Assembly (NCBI GenBank): GCA_963555755.3
Contig: OY820905.2
Span: 4,512,001 to 4,576,000 of the forward strand
From: Nitrospirales bacterium
GTDB taxonomy: Bacteria > Nitrospirota > Nitrospiria > Nitrospirales > UBA8639
Reading direction: 5' to 3'
DNA: 64,000 nt
In this document: in pieces, positions 19,644-29,085 of the stretch
Layout of the letters: every line of letters starts with the position of its first letter
How positions within the stretch are numbered: position 1 is the stretch's first letter
The notes under the pieces: model-generated
Told to the model about the DNA's origin: nothing
Databases searched by the model: none
The model's input: only the letters and a program-made list of their open reading frames with translations
Made by a program: the position numbers and the translations under genes

Positions 19644-20296
19644 ATGAAACGTTGGTTGATACACAGAATAGTGCCTTCCGTTGGTTACTGGCTTATCAGA
19701 TTCTTGGGATGGACCAATGCTCTACAGTTTCAGGGTTATGACATGGTTCGTACACTCCGATCGCAATATGGAGGACTCATCTTTGCATTTTGGCATAGCC
19801 ACCAATTACTCATGCCATTAGTCTTTCACGAAAAACCGGCTTGTGTGCTGATTAGCCAACATCGTGATGGCGAACTCATTTGCGGAATCATTCAACGATT
19901 TGGACATTCCGCAATCCGTGGGTCAACGACTAGAGGAGGCGGATTGGCATTTCGTCAATTGATTCGGGCTGGCCGAACCGGCGGTGATCTTGTGGTGACG
20001 CCTGACGGCCCCAAGGGGCCACGGGAGGTAGTGAAACTGGGAGTGATTCATTTGGCGAAAATGACGGGGTTGCCCGTTGTCCCGTTAGTGTTTGCCTGCT
20101 CAAAAAAAAAGTCTTTTCAAGCTGGGACCGTTTTGTCTTTCCCTATCCATTTGGCAAAGGCCTTTTTGTGTGGGGGCAGCCTCTCTGGGTTGACAGGTCG
20201 GCTGATGACCAAAGTTTGGAACGTCAACGCCAAGAATTGGAAAGGGTTCTGTGTTCCATGCTTGCTGAAGCCACAGAAGTGGTCAGTCGAAAATAA
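19644..20296 (+). CDS. DUF374/LpxJ-like lipid A acyltransferase; the full-length 217-aa product needs a -1 shift at 20102-20111
   Basis: FWH, LISQHRDGE, RGS, TPDGPKGP in frame 0; SWDRF..PYPF and the C-terminal helix only in the -1 frame (stop 20294-20296). Frame 0 runs on to 20339. Confidence 0.85.
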
Positions 20297-20347
20297 TCAC
20301 GTTGATCCTTCTGTAGAATACCTTCCTTCGTGGATCTGAAAACATAA

Positions 20348-20487
20348 GGGCACCTCTACAAACCAGGCATTTTGGTGAGGGCAAGGAAGCCGCGCGCGGA
20401 AAACCGGAGTGTATGGGCGAATACATGAGGATTTGAGCACGCGGCTGACGCCGCCATCACAGAAAAGGACGGCTTTTAGAGGTGCCC
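20348..20487. mobile_element. MITE family F (140 bp)
   Basis: TIRs GGGCACCTCTA / TAGAGGTGCCC; 4-bp TSD ATAA. Confidence 0.85.
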
Positions 20488-20535
20488 ATAAGCCGTCTTT
20501 GCCCCAATCTTCGCCGGTACGATACATCTTCCCGA

Positions 20536-21831
20536 ATGTGGTACTTCCTTTACAATATCCTTCTCTTGGTCAGTGCTCCGGTCATTATTCTGATCTTATT
20601 ACTGAAGAAGCGTTGTCGTCGTGGGTTTGGGCAACGATTGGGCCTCGCTCTTCCTGAGGAATTTTCCTCTGACAAAGAGGTCCTGTGGATTCATGCGGTG
20701 TCGATGGGTGAAGTCCTTGCCGTTGTACCACTGGTGACGGCTATCCACCATGCCTATCCTCATCTCGCCATTATCATTTCGACGATTACGGACACGGGAC
20801 GTGAGGCGGTGGAGCAGCGTTTGAGCGGAATCGCCCGACATTGTTATTTGCCTCTTGATTGGCCCTGGACGGTTCGCCGGTTTATCCTGCACCTTCGTCC
20901 CAAAGCGTTTCTTGTCGTGGAAACGGAATTGTGGCCCAATTTGCTCAAGGAACTTCAGGCTCATGGGGTGTCGAGTGTGCTGGTGAATGGCCGTCTTTCT
21001 ACTAAATCTTTTGAACGGTATCTTTGGGTGAAGTCCTTCATGAAACATGTGCTTTCTTCCTTCAGTTTATGCCTGGTGCAGTCTGATCGGGACGCGCGCC
21101 GTTTGATTGTCTTGGGGGCCAAGGGAGAGTGGGTTCATCGAACTGGCAATATGAAGTTCGATGTTGAACTTGTGGGAATTGACGGCCAAGAGAACAGGAT
21201 AGGTCCTCAACTCATTGACTTACATGATGGCGAAATACTGATTGTGGCTGGAAGTACCCATCCAAAAGAGGAAAAAGAATTGCTCTCGTGTTATCAAGAC
21301 ATCTTGGAAGAGTACCCTCAGGCGGTGATACTGATGGCACCTCGGCATATAGAACGGAGTGACCAGCTTGAAGACACCATACGATCATTTGGGTTTGAGG
21401 TGGTGAGACGAAGTCGGCTTGGCACACATGAAAGTGGCTCGATAGCTGGGACAAGGCCAAGAGTTATCGTGCTTGATACTCGAGGTGAACTTGCTCAGGT
21501 GTATGCCTTGGCCCGAGTGACGTTTGTCGGAGGCACATTTGTCCCGGTGGGTGGGCATAATCTCCTGGAACCAGCCTCCTGGGGAAAACCGGTGTTGTTT
21601 GGTCCGTTTACCGATCATTGTCAGGAAATTGCGGACCTCCTTATTGAGAGCGGGGGAGGGAACCAGGTATGCGATGGACATGAGATGGCTTCTCTGGTGG
21701 TGAAGATTCTGAACGATCAGTCTTTGGCCCATCGAATGGGACAAGCCGCTCGCCAGGTTGTTCTCGACAATCAAGGTGTGGTGAAACGAAATATGGAACT
21801 GCTGCGTCCACTGCTAGAGTCTCGACGGTAA
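20536..21831 (+). CDS. waaA: Kdo transferase
   Basis: WIHAVSMGE; LPLD; ETELWPN; NGRLS; GNMKFD; AGSTH; APRHIER; GGHNLLEP. Confidence 0.95.
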   Translation: MWYFLYNILLLVSAPVIILILLLKKRCRRGFGQRLGLALPEEFSSDKEVLWIHAVSMGEVLAVVPLVTAIHHAYPHLAIIISTITDTGREAVEQRLSGIARHCYLPLDWPWTVRRFILHLRPKAFLVVETELWPNLLKELQAHGVSSVLVNGRLSTKSFERYLWVKSFMKHVLSSFSLCLVQSDRDARRLIVLGAKGEWVHRTGNMKFDVELVGIDGQENRIGPQLIDLHDGEILIVAGSTHPKEEKELLSCYQDILEEYPQAVILMAPRHIERSDQLEDTIRSFGFEVVRRSRLGTHESGSIAGTRPRVIVLDTRGELAQVYALARVTFVGGTFVPVGGHNLLEPASWGKPVLFGPFTDHCQEIADLLIESGGGNQVCDGHEMASLVVKILNDQSLAHRMGQAARQVVLDNQGVVKRNMELLRPLLESRR

Positions 21832-21856
21832 TTCAACTGAGTCATGAGGGTTCTGA

Positions 21857-22879
21857 ATGCTGACCGATCTGATAACGTTTCCCTATCAGGTGGCAGTGTG
21901 TTCGCGTCTTTGGCTGTACACCCATGGTTGGCTAAAGTCCAAGCGATTGCCTCGTCCCGTGGTAAGCGTGGGGAATCTTACTGTTGGCGGAACCGGAAAA
22001 ACCCCGATGACCATGTGGGTGGCGCACTATTTGGCCGCCAAAGGAAAGCAGGTGGCGATTCTCAGTCGAGGGTATCGGCGCCATTCTTCAAAGAAATTTC
22101 TTTTAGTCTCGAATGGCAAGGATGTCCTTACTGGGCCAGTAGAATCTGGTGACGAACCCTTTTTAATGGCCACCCGTTGTCCTGGTGTCATCGTGGCTGT
22201 TGGCGCGGATCGGTATCACTTGGGGCTTTGGGTGTTGGCGCAGCAGGCAGTCGATTGCTTTGTGCTGGATGATGGATTTCAGCATCTCAATCTTGACCGT
22301 GACTTGAACTTTCTGCTTATCGATGTGTCTGATTCCACAGGGATGCAAGCTCTCGTTCCTATTGGCCGGCTGCGCGAACCGCTCTCGAGTGCGCAACGAG
22401 CCACAGACATTCTTTGTACTCGCGTGGAGGATCCTGAGGATGTGAAGCCGGTACGGCAGGCTCTTGAATCAGCTATCGGTAGTGCGGTCTCTCCAATTAC
22501 CTCGCGCTTTGAGGCCCAGCATTTGACGTGTGGAAACGGTGATGTGACCCACGAACCTTCATGGTTGCAAGGAAAGCGAGTTTTATTATTTAGTGGTGTG
22601 GCGAATGCCCGTTCCTTCCGACGTCTAGTGGAGGGTCTCGATGCACAGGTGGTTGACGAACTGATATTCCCGGATCACATGACGTACACCCCCGATACCC
22701 TTCGCCAGATTCAAGAACGAGCGGATAGGGCCCAAGCAGATGTTCGAGTAACCACTGAGAAAGACCTAGTGAAAGTCAAACCTGTATGGCCCTATCCCGA
22801 GCCGGTATGGGCGCTGTCCCTCGGTGTTCAATTTATAGAAGGACAAGATAAACTGGAAGCACGATTAAGTAGCATCTAA
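21857..22879 (+). CDS. lpxK: Tetraacyldisaccharide 4'-kinase
   Basis: VGNLTVGGTGKTP; SRGY; GDEP; LDDGFQH; GRLRE; FPDH; TTEKD. Confidence 0.96.
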   Translation: MLTDLITFPYQVAVCSRLWLYTHGWLKSKRLPRPVVSVGNLTVGGTGKTPMTMWVAHYLAAKGKQVAILSRGYRRHSSKKFLLVSNGKDVLTGPVESGDEPFLMATRCPGVIVAVGADRYHLGLWVLAQQAVDCFVLDDGFQHLNLDRDLNFLLIDVSDSTGMQALVPIGRLREPLSSAQRATDILCTRVEDPEDVKPVRQALESAIGSAVSPITSRFEAQHLTCGNGDVTHEPSWLQGKRVLLFSGVANARSFRRLVEGLDAQVVDELIFPDHMTYTPDTLRQIQERADRAQADVRVTTEKDLVKVKPVWPYPEPVWALSLGVQFIEGQDKLEARLSSI

Positions 22880-22900
22880 GCATGTTCACAGAAATTGAGA

Positions 22901-23156
22901 AAATCCGAAACGCGAATATCGAGAAATCTGAAACACATTCATAGGAGTTCTCTCTGTCATTTCGAGTGGAAGGAGAAATCTCTTGGTTGGGGCTGGAATG
23001 GGTGCTTTAGTGTGAGGGATGGAGAGATTTCTCCCATGGGTCGAAATGACAAGATATGAGTGAGGTGAGGTCTTTTCATCAAAAGACCCTGTTTGAAGCA
23101 TTCGAATTTTAAATTTCGGATTTGTTTTGAATTTTGATATTCGGATTTCGAATTTA
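22901..23156. repeat. AT-rich inverted heptamer-type arms enclosing a REP-like inverted doublet
   Basis: Outer arms AAATCCGAAACGCGAATATCGA... / ...GATATTCGGATTTCGAATTT. Inner pair TGTCATTTCGAGTGGAAGGAGAAATCTCT (22955-22983) / AGAGATTTCTCCCATGGGTCGAAATGACA (23023-23051). Confidence 0.7.
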
Positions 23157-23174
23157 ACTTGTAAAAGGCTCACT

Positions 23175-24281
23175 GTGTTTAGTGAATTAAAGCCTGACAC
23201 GATTCGACGGATTCTCGTTCGCGGCCCCAATTGGGTGGGCGATGCGGTGATGTGTACGCCGGCCTTGCAAGGCATTCGGCAGACATTTCCTTCGGCAGAA
23301 ATTTCGCTTCTTGCTCGACCTGCTGTGGCCAATCTGTTGAGAGGTCATTCCAGTTTTGACAGGACGATTGTGTATGAACATCAGGACGAGCATGCAGGAT
23401 TTCTTGGTACGTTCCGACTTGCTAAAACCCTGAAGGCACTGGCCTTTGATGTTGCCGTTCTGTTTCCCAACGCGTTTGATGCGGCGTTGTTGACCTTTCT
23501 CGCACGGATTCCCCGACGGTACGGGTATGCCACCGATGGGAGATCCTTGTTGCTGACCAATGCCGTCTCCCTTCCTCCTCAAGCGAACGCGTTGCATCAA
23601 GTTCGATATTTTGAGGAATTGATTCGTCCGTTGTGCCCGACGTATTCTTCTCAGCCTCCAGTGTTGACCGTTTCAGGAGACGACGAGGATCAAGCCGCCC
23701 AACTTTTCGCTAGGAACGGGGTGTCAGAGGATTGCGTTCTCGTCGGGTTGAATCCTGGGTCGATGTATGGTGGGGCCAAGCGCTGGTTGCCTGAACGGTT
23801 TGCGGAAGCCGCTGATCAAGTCGTTGAGAACCTTGCGACAAAGGAAAAATCTGCTGCTGTGCGAGTTGTCATTGTTGGGGCACCGGGCGAGGAAGTATTA
23901 GGTCATCAGATTGCCGGGTTGATGCGGATGTATCCTGCCGTTCTTTCCGGACAAACCTCTCTTGGGGTGCTCAAAGCGGTTATTAAACGGTGCCGGTTAT
24001 TTCTGACCAATGATACGGGTCCCATGCATATCGCCAATGCCTTGGGTATTCCCGTCATTGCGGTGTTTGGGCCGACCGATCACACGACGACCGCGCCTTT
24101 TGCCTCAGGACATGTGGTGGTGAGGACTCCTGTGAATTGCTCACCCTGCTTACTTCGGGAATGTCCTATCGATCATCGTTGTATGACTGGCGTGACGGTT
24201 GAGCAGGTCGTTCAAGGTGCGCAACAGGTTTTGAAGAACCGTGATAGCTCTCTTCTCAAAAAATTCCAGGTAGAACCCTGA
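23175..24281 (+). CDS. waaF: LPS heptosyltransferase II
   Basis: PNWVGDAVM; NPGSMYGGAKRW; TNDTGPMH; FGPT; CSPC..RECP. Confidence 0.9.
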   Translation: MFSELKPDTIRRILVRGPNWVGDAVMCTPALQGIRQTFPSAEISLLARPAVANLLRGHSSFDRTIVYEHQDEHAGFLGTFRLAKTLKALAFDVAVLFPNAFDAALLTFLARIPRRYGYATDGRSLLLTNAVSLPPQANALHQVRYFEELIRPLCPTYSSQPPVLTVSGDDEDQAAQLFARNGVSEDCVLVGLNPGSMYGGAKRWLPERFAEAADQVVENLATKEKSAAVRVVIVGAPGEEVLGHQIAGLMRMYPAVLSGQTSLGVLKAVIKRCRLFLTNDTGPMHIANALGIPVIAVFGPTDHTTTAPFASGHVVVRTPVNCSPCLLRECPIDHRCMTGVTVEQVVQGAQQVLKNRDSSLLKKFQVEP

Positions 24282-24856
24282 TGTCAGTCGATCAATCCCA
24301 CGCGACGGTTTTTTTTGATCGTGATGGTACGTTGAATCATGATACGAGTTACATCAAGACTCCTGGAGAACTCGTCTTGTTTCCCGATGCTGTGACCGCA
24401 GTGAAGCGGTGTAATGATGCTGGCATACGGGTGTTGGTGGTCACGAATCAATCCGGACTGGCGCGTGGCTATTTTTCCCAGGCGGACCTAGATGGGATTC
24501 ATCGACGTTTGCGTGAGCAACTTCAGGATGGTGGGGCCTGGATCGATGACATCTTTATCTGCCCGCATCATCCTGATGACGGATGCCAGTGCCGAAAACC
24601 CAACCCGGGTATGATCGAACAGGCCATGGCTCGCTATCCGATTGATCTGGCGAGGAGCTATGTGGTCGGTGATAAATCTATCGATGTCGAGCTAGCGGCT
24701 AAGACACAAGTCAAAGGGCTGTTGGTGACAACAGGGCCTACAAGTGCAGAGGAGCTTCGGATGATCCGGGCCCATCATCTTCCTGTCGCGCATGTGGCGG
24801 AGTGCTTGCAGGACGCCGTGGATTGGATTTTGGCTGATGTTGAATGTGTTGGATGA
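24281..24856 (+). CDS. gmhB: D-glycero-D-manno-heptose 1,7-bisphosphate phosphatase
   Basis: FFDRDGTLN; VTNQSG; CPHHP...C.CRKP.PGM; VGDK. Confidence 0.92.
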   Translation: MSVDQSHATVFFDRDGTLNHDTSYIKTPGELVLFPDAVTAVKRCNDAGIRVLVVTNQSGLARGYFSQADLDGIHRRLREQLQDGGAWIDDIFICPHHPDDGCQCRKPNPGMIEQAMARYPIDLARSYVVGDKSIDVELAAKTQVKGLLVTTGPTSAEELRMIRAHHLPVAHVAECLQDAVDWILADVECVG

Positions 24857-24901
24857 GGCTGCTGTTTCCCCTTAATTTCCCAAGGCCATGGGTATGGTGC
24901 C

Positions 24902-25960
24902 GTGTTGAATGTGAATCCCGAACGAATCCTCATCATAAAGCCAAGCTCGTTGGGTGATATCATTCATGCCCTGCCAACACTTGCCGCCTTACGGGCACGG
25001 TTTCCGCAGGCGTGGATTGCCTGGTTGGTCAAACAGGAATGGGCGGAAATTCTGGAAGGCAATCCGTTGTTGAATGAAGTCCTGGCCGTGAACCTTGGCG
25101 TAACACAGTGGTGGGGTGTTGTTCAGGCGGTCAGGAAACGAGGCTTTGATCTTGTCGTCGATTTGCAGGGATTGTTCCGGTCAGCCTTCATGGCCAAATT
25201 GACCGGGGCTCCTGTGGTCGTGGGCTTTGCTCAAGGTCGTGAATGCAGCCCCTGGTTCTATACGCATCGTGTGAAGTTGCCCATTTCTGCAGGGCAGTCC
25301 TGGCGTTTGTGGAATATGCACGCCGTGGATCGAAATCTCGCCGTGGCGAAATTTCTCGGGGCAAAGAGTGTTGTCCCTGAATTTTGGTTGCCCAGCCATG
25401 ACGATGATCGCCAAGCCGTTGACCAATGGTTGAAGGCCTCGGGTGTGACCGATGCCGACCGGCTTGTCGCTATGGCCCCTCTGACTCGTCAGAGTATAAA
25501 AAATTGGCCCTTGGATCGATTTGTCCAAGTGGCTCAAGCTTTGATAAAAAACAACCGGGTCAAGGTTGTGCTTATTGGAACAGAAGCTCCGCACGTCAGC
25601 CGGCAATTTGAGGTGGCATTGGGCTCCCAATTGGTAAATTTGATGGGGAAGACTCGCGTTCGCCAGCTTGGCGTCATATTTGATAGAGTGCAGCTTTTAA
25701 TTGCCAATGATTCGGCGCCGCTACATATTGCGGTAGCACGTGGGATTCCGATAGTGACGATATTTGGTCCCACAAACCCGGAAGCCACCGGGCCGTATGG
25801 GATGGAAGCAGGTTCTCATGTTCTGACGCATGCTCTTCCCTGCCGGCCTTGTGGGGAGCCAACCTGTCGGAATGACAACCCGCTTGAATGTTTGACCTCG
25901 ATATCGGTGGAGGACGTGGTGGGGCAAGCTGAGCGTATTTTGGGTGCGGTGGAAACGTAA
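24902..25960 (+). CDS. GT9 heptosyltransferase (WaaC-like)
   Basis: KPSSLGDIIH; DLQGLFRS; HAVDRN; NDSAPLH; FGPT. Confidence 0.85.
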   Translation: MLNVNPERILIIKPSSLGDIIHALPTLAALRARFPQAWIAWLVKQEWAEILEGNPLLNEVLAVNLGVTQWWGVVQAVRKRGFDLVVDLQGLFRSAFMAKLTGAPVVVGFAQGRECSPWFYTHRVKLPISAGQSWRLWNMHAVDRNLAVAKFLGAKSVVPEFWLPSHDDDRQAVDQWLKASGVTDADRLVAMAPLTRQSIKNWPLDRFVQVAQALIKNNRVKVVLIGTEAPHVSRQFEVALGSQLVNLMGKTRVRQLGVIFDRVQLLIANDSAPLHIAVARGIPIVTIFGPTNPEATGPYGMEAGSHVLTHALPCRPCGEPTCRNDNPLECLTSISVEDVVGQAERILGAVET

Positions 25961-26014
25961 AGCGTGATCCGTGAAGCGTGGGGAAAGCGTAGTTATTTTT
26001 TACTCATCACGCAT
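25956..26014. repeat. CGTRANN heptamer array with a partial inverted arm
   Basis: CGTAAAG CGTGATC CGTGAAG CGTGGGG ... TTACTCA TCACGCA; the first unit contains the gene's TAA stop. Confidence 0.6.
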
Positions 26015-26269
26015 AGAGGTTGTGCACTTCTTTTTACAATATGAGCGCCTAGGACAAACTGGGATCGCAGCGTGGCATGGGGCGCCAGCACGCCGTGGAA
26101 GCGAATGAGATGGAGCTGTGGATGCGGAACGAGCGCGGCCAGGCGTTGGAGGGATTCCAGCGGGGTCAGTGAAGAACATCATTCATTAACATTTACCCTT
26201 TTCCTCCATTTTTTCATATTGGAAATACTTCGAGCCTGCCCTCTAATGAATCTCACGCCCTAAATAACC

Positions 26270-26321
26270 TTGCACGATCATTCTGTATGCTCTAGTATTA
26301 CTTGTAGTTATGCATATTACA
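26270..26321 (+). promoter_or_regulatory. Putative promoter and operator of the TA operon
   Basis: TTGCAC-17-TAGTAT, followed by the imperfect palindrome TGTAGTTATGCATATTACA and an AGGAGG RBS. Confidence 0.55.
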
Positions 26322-26331
26322 GGAGGAAGCG

Positions 26332-26547
26332 ATGGCAACGTTAACCCTGAGAGTGGAAGACCAATTAAATCGTAAACTTCAACGCTTGGCCAAAGAGACG
26401 GAACGTCCTAAAAGCTATTTTATTAAAAAAGCTTTGGAACTCTACCTGGAGGAATATGAGGATTATCAAATAGCTCTGGCCAGACGAGCCAGTAAGGATG
26501 ATGAAATCCTGACGATGACGCAAATGAGGAAAGCGCTTGGTGTTTGA
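26332..26547 (+). CDS. Ribbon-helix-helix antitoxin (RelB/CopG-like)
   Basis: TLTLRV...LAKETERPKSYFIKKALE..LE..ED; overlaps the toxin gene. Confidence 0.88.
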   Translation: MATLTLRVEDQLNRKLQRLAKETERPKSYFIKKALELYLEEYEDYQIALARRASKDDEILTMTQMRKALGV

Positions 26548-26794
26548 GGTCCGCTTTAAAAAGTCTGTTAAGAAAGACCTGCAGAAACTCTCGAAAACCG
26601 ACCAAAAACAGGTGTTGACCAACCTTCAACGGAACTTAGCCAAAGATCCCTATAAAGGCAAAGCGTTAAGCGGAGAATTCAAAGGATTGTATCGTTGGCG
26701 GACGGGAAATATTCGAGTGATTTATGAAATTCAAAACAAACAACTGATTGTTCTCGTATTAAAAATCGGCCAACGCAAAGACGTCTATCGGTAG
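26537..26794 (+). CDS. relE: RelE/ParE family toxin
   Basis: K.L.G..KGLYRWRTGNIRVIYEI....L.V.V..IGQRKDVY. Confidence 0.88.
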   Translation: MVFEVRFKKSVKKDLQKLSKTDQKQVLTNLQRNLAKDPYKGKALSGEFKGLYRWRTGNIRVIYEIQNKQLIVLVLKIGQRKDVYR

Positions 26795-26811
26795 GCCTCA
26801 TTTTTAATTGA

Positions 26812-26936
26812 TCGTCCAGGCACCTCGCAAAATACAAAAATGTCTCATCACCACCGAGGTGACTACGACTTTTTGTATTTCACCATGCACACCAATATCT
26901 TGCACGGCTTTTTTACGTCCAACTGCCGTTTCTAGG
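26812..26936. mobile_element. Right half of a family B MITE (possible B::C remnant)
   Basis: CGCAAAATACAAAAATGTCTCATCACC...CCAACTGCCGTTTCTAGG; left half missing. Confidence 0.8.
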
Positions 26937-27133
26937 CTCGAGGGTATTGTTCCCTGTCAAGAGGCAACCCAGACCCGGTCTGGGTTTGTTGAGTCCCTAA
27001 CCTGAGGGTAGTAGACTGCGGTTTGGCATGAACATCCCGTGAAAAATTTCCGGTAGCAACTTCCTGAAGTCCGCCGTGAGTGCCGGTTGTTCTGGCTGGA
27101 AAATACCTGTCTGGGGTGCAGGAGTGATCCTTA

Positions 27134-27931
27134 ATGAATGAATCATCGAAAAAAGTATCTGCGGTAGTCATCGCCTATAATGACGAGCCCAATATGCGGG
27201 CGTGTTTGGAAAGCCTAGCTTGGGTTGATGAACTCATTGTGGTGGATTCTCATAGCACGGATGCCACGGCGGAGATTAGTCGAGAGTTTACGGAGCAGGT
27301 GTATCAACACGATTTTGCGGGTTTCGGAAAACTTCGCAATGAGGCTGTCGCTCATGCCACTCATGACTGGGTGTTTAGTTTGGATACGGATGAACGGGCG
27401 ACGCCGGAAATTCGTGATGAAATTCGAAGGACGTTAGAGCAAGGACCTCAGGCCGATGCGTATTTTGTGCCAAGAAGGAATTATTTTCTTGGGCGGTGGA
27501 TTCGGCGGTGTGGGTGGTATCCAGATTATCGGCAGCCTCAATTGTTTCACAAGGGTCGCATGCGGTACAAAGAAGACCTTGTGCATGAGTCTTTTGAGCT
27601 TACGGGGAAGATCGGGTATCTCAGAGAACATGTGGATCAATATCCTTTTCGGGATATTGATCAGTATTTGATGAAAATGGATCGATACTCGACGTTAATG
27701 GTCCAGGAGATGGTAAAACGGAAACGGCGGTTTCATTGGCACCAACTCATCACGCACCCGGTCTTTACGTTTTTTAAAATGTTCATACTCCGGCGGGGTT
27801 TTCTCGATCGAAAGCCTGGTCTCATTCTGTCGGGCTTGTACGCCTATTACACTTTTGTGAAGTACGCGAAGTTGTGGGAAATCATGCGAAAACCGGAGCC
27901 ACAGGATTGCGAGATTGATACGGACACGTGA
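27134..27931 (+). CDS. GT2 glycosyltransferase (KdtX/WaaE-like)
   Basis: VVDSHSTD; WVFSLDTDE; GWYPD; VHE; GFLD...G; YAKLWE. Confidence 0.88.
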   Translation: MNESSKKVSAVVIAYNDEPNMRACLESLAWVDELIVVDSHSTDATAEISREFTEQVYQHDFAGFGKLRNEAVAHATHDWVFSLDTDERATPEIRDEIRRTLEQGPQADAYFVPRRNYFLGRWIRRCGWYPDYRQPQLFHKGRMRYKEDLVHESFELTGKIGYLREHVDQYPFRDIDQYLMKMDRYSTLMVQEMVKRKRRFHWHQLITHPVFTFFKMFILRRGFLDRKPGLILSGLYAYYTFVKYAKLWEIMRKPEPQDCEIDTDT

Positions 27932-29055
27932 GGGTCTTACGCATTCTCCATACGGAATCCTCAATGGAGCTGGGTGGCCAGGAATATGCGACGCTTGAAT
28001 TGGTGGAAGGTCTTCGGAGCCGCGGCCATGTTGTGGTTTTGTTGGTCCAGGACGGCAGTCGGTTGCTGGCTTTAGCAATGGAACGTGGAGTCCCGTGTCG
28101 GAGCATCACCATGAACAAGGCTTTGTATCCTTGGGCCATTCTTCGGCTGTGCTCCATTATTCGGGAATATCGGATTGAGGTGGTCCATACGCATGGGTCA
28201 CGAGATAGTTGGATCGGGAGCCTTGCCGCGTGGTTTTCCGCCTCGAAGCCGGTTGTCGTTTTGTCGAGACACAAATCTACTCCGATTGCGAAGCATGCGA
28301 TTAACCGGATTCTGTACCATCGTCTCGTGCAGAGGATTGTAACGACCGGGGGCGAATTGACCCGAAAGTATTTAATCGATGACCATGGGTTTTCTGAGCA
28401 GCACGTCGTGTCCATTCCGACAGGGGCTGATGTGGAGCGATTTTCTCCTGAGATCGAAGGCGTTCAATTTCGAAGAGAATTCGGGATAGATCAAGACGCA
28501 TGTCTGATCGGGACTGTGTGCTTTTTGCGGAGCTACAAAGGGCTGGATTATTTTCTTGAAGCGGCTGCGATTCTTGTAGGCGACGCGCCACATTGTCGGT
28601 TTGTGATTGTTGGGCATGGTCCGGAACGACAGCAAGTCATGGAAAAAATCACTCAACTAGGATTACAAGGTCGGGTGGTGATGACAGGGCATCGGCAGGA
28701 TGTACCGGAGGTGATGGCGGCTCTTGATGTGTTTGTCGTTTCTTCAACAGCCGGTGAAACGTTGACGCAAACGATTCCTCAGGCCTTGGCTATGGAAACG
28801 CCAGTTGTTGCTACGAATATTGGAAGTATACCAGATATCATTCATCATGGAGAAACCGGTTTTTTGGTGCCTCCAGGAAATTCGCAAGAACTTGCCGATC
28901 ATATATTGAAAATCGTTCAGGATCCTGATCGAGGCGCCACAATGGCTCGAGACGGTCGAAAACTTGTTCTGAATTCGTTTAGTTCTCAAAGTACGGTGAC
29001 CAAAAATGAAACACTCTATCAGGACCTTCTTGGCGAGGTCACCCATGCATCATAA
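27928..29055 (+). CDS. GT4 glycosyltransferase
   Basis: GGQE; HTH; KG; E....IPQALAM..PVVAT..G.IPDII. Confidence 0.88.
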   Translation: MRVLRILHTESSMELGGQEYATLELVEGLRSRGHVVVLLVQDGSRLLALAMERGVPCRSITMNKALYPWAILRLCSIIREYRIEVVHTHGSRDSWIGSLAAWFSASKPVVVLSRHKSTPIAKHAINRILYHRLVQRIVTTGGELTRKYLIDDHGFSEQHVVSIPTGADVERFSPEIEGVQFRREFGIDQDACLIGTVCFLRSYKGLDYFLEAAAILVGDAPHCRFVIVGHGPERQQVMEKITQLGLQGRVVMTGHRQDVPEVMAALDVFVVSSTAGETLTQTIPQALAMETPVVATNIGSIPDIIHHGETGFLVPPGNSQELADHILKIVQDPDRGATMARDGRKLVLNSFSSQSTVTKNETLYQDLLGEVTHAS

Positions 29056-29085
29056 CCATGACCAGCCTGATGACAGGATGACCTG

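Noticed and set aside
26040..26180. GC-rich gene fragment upstream of the TA module
   Set aside because: Too short and interrupted to assign to any family.
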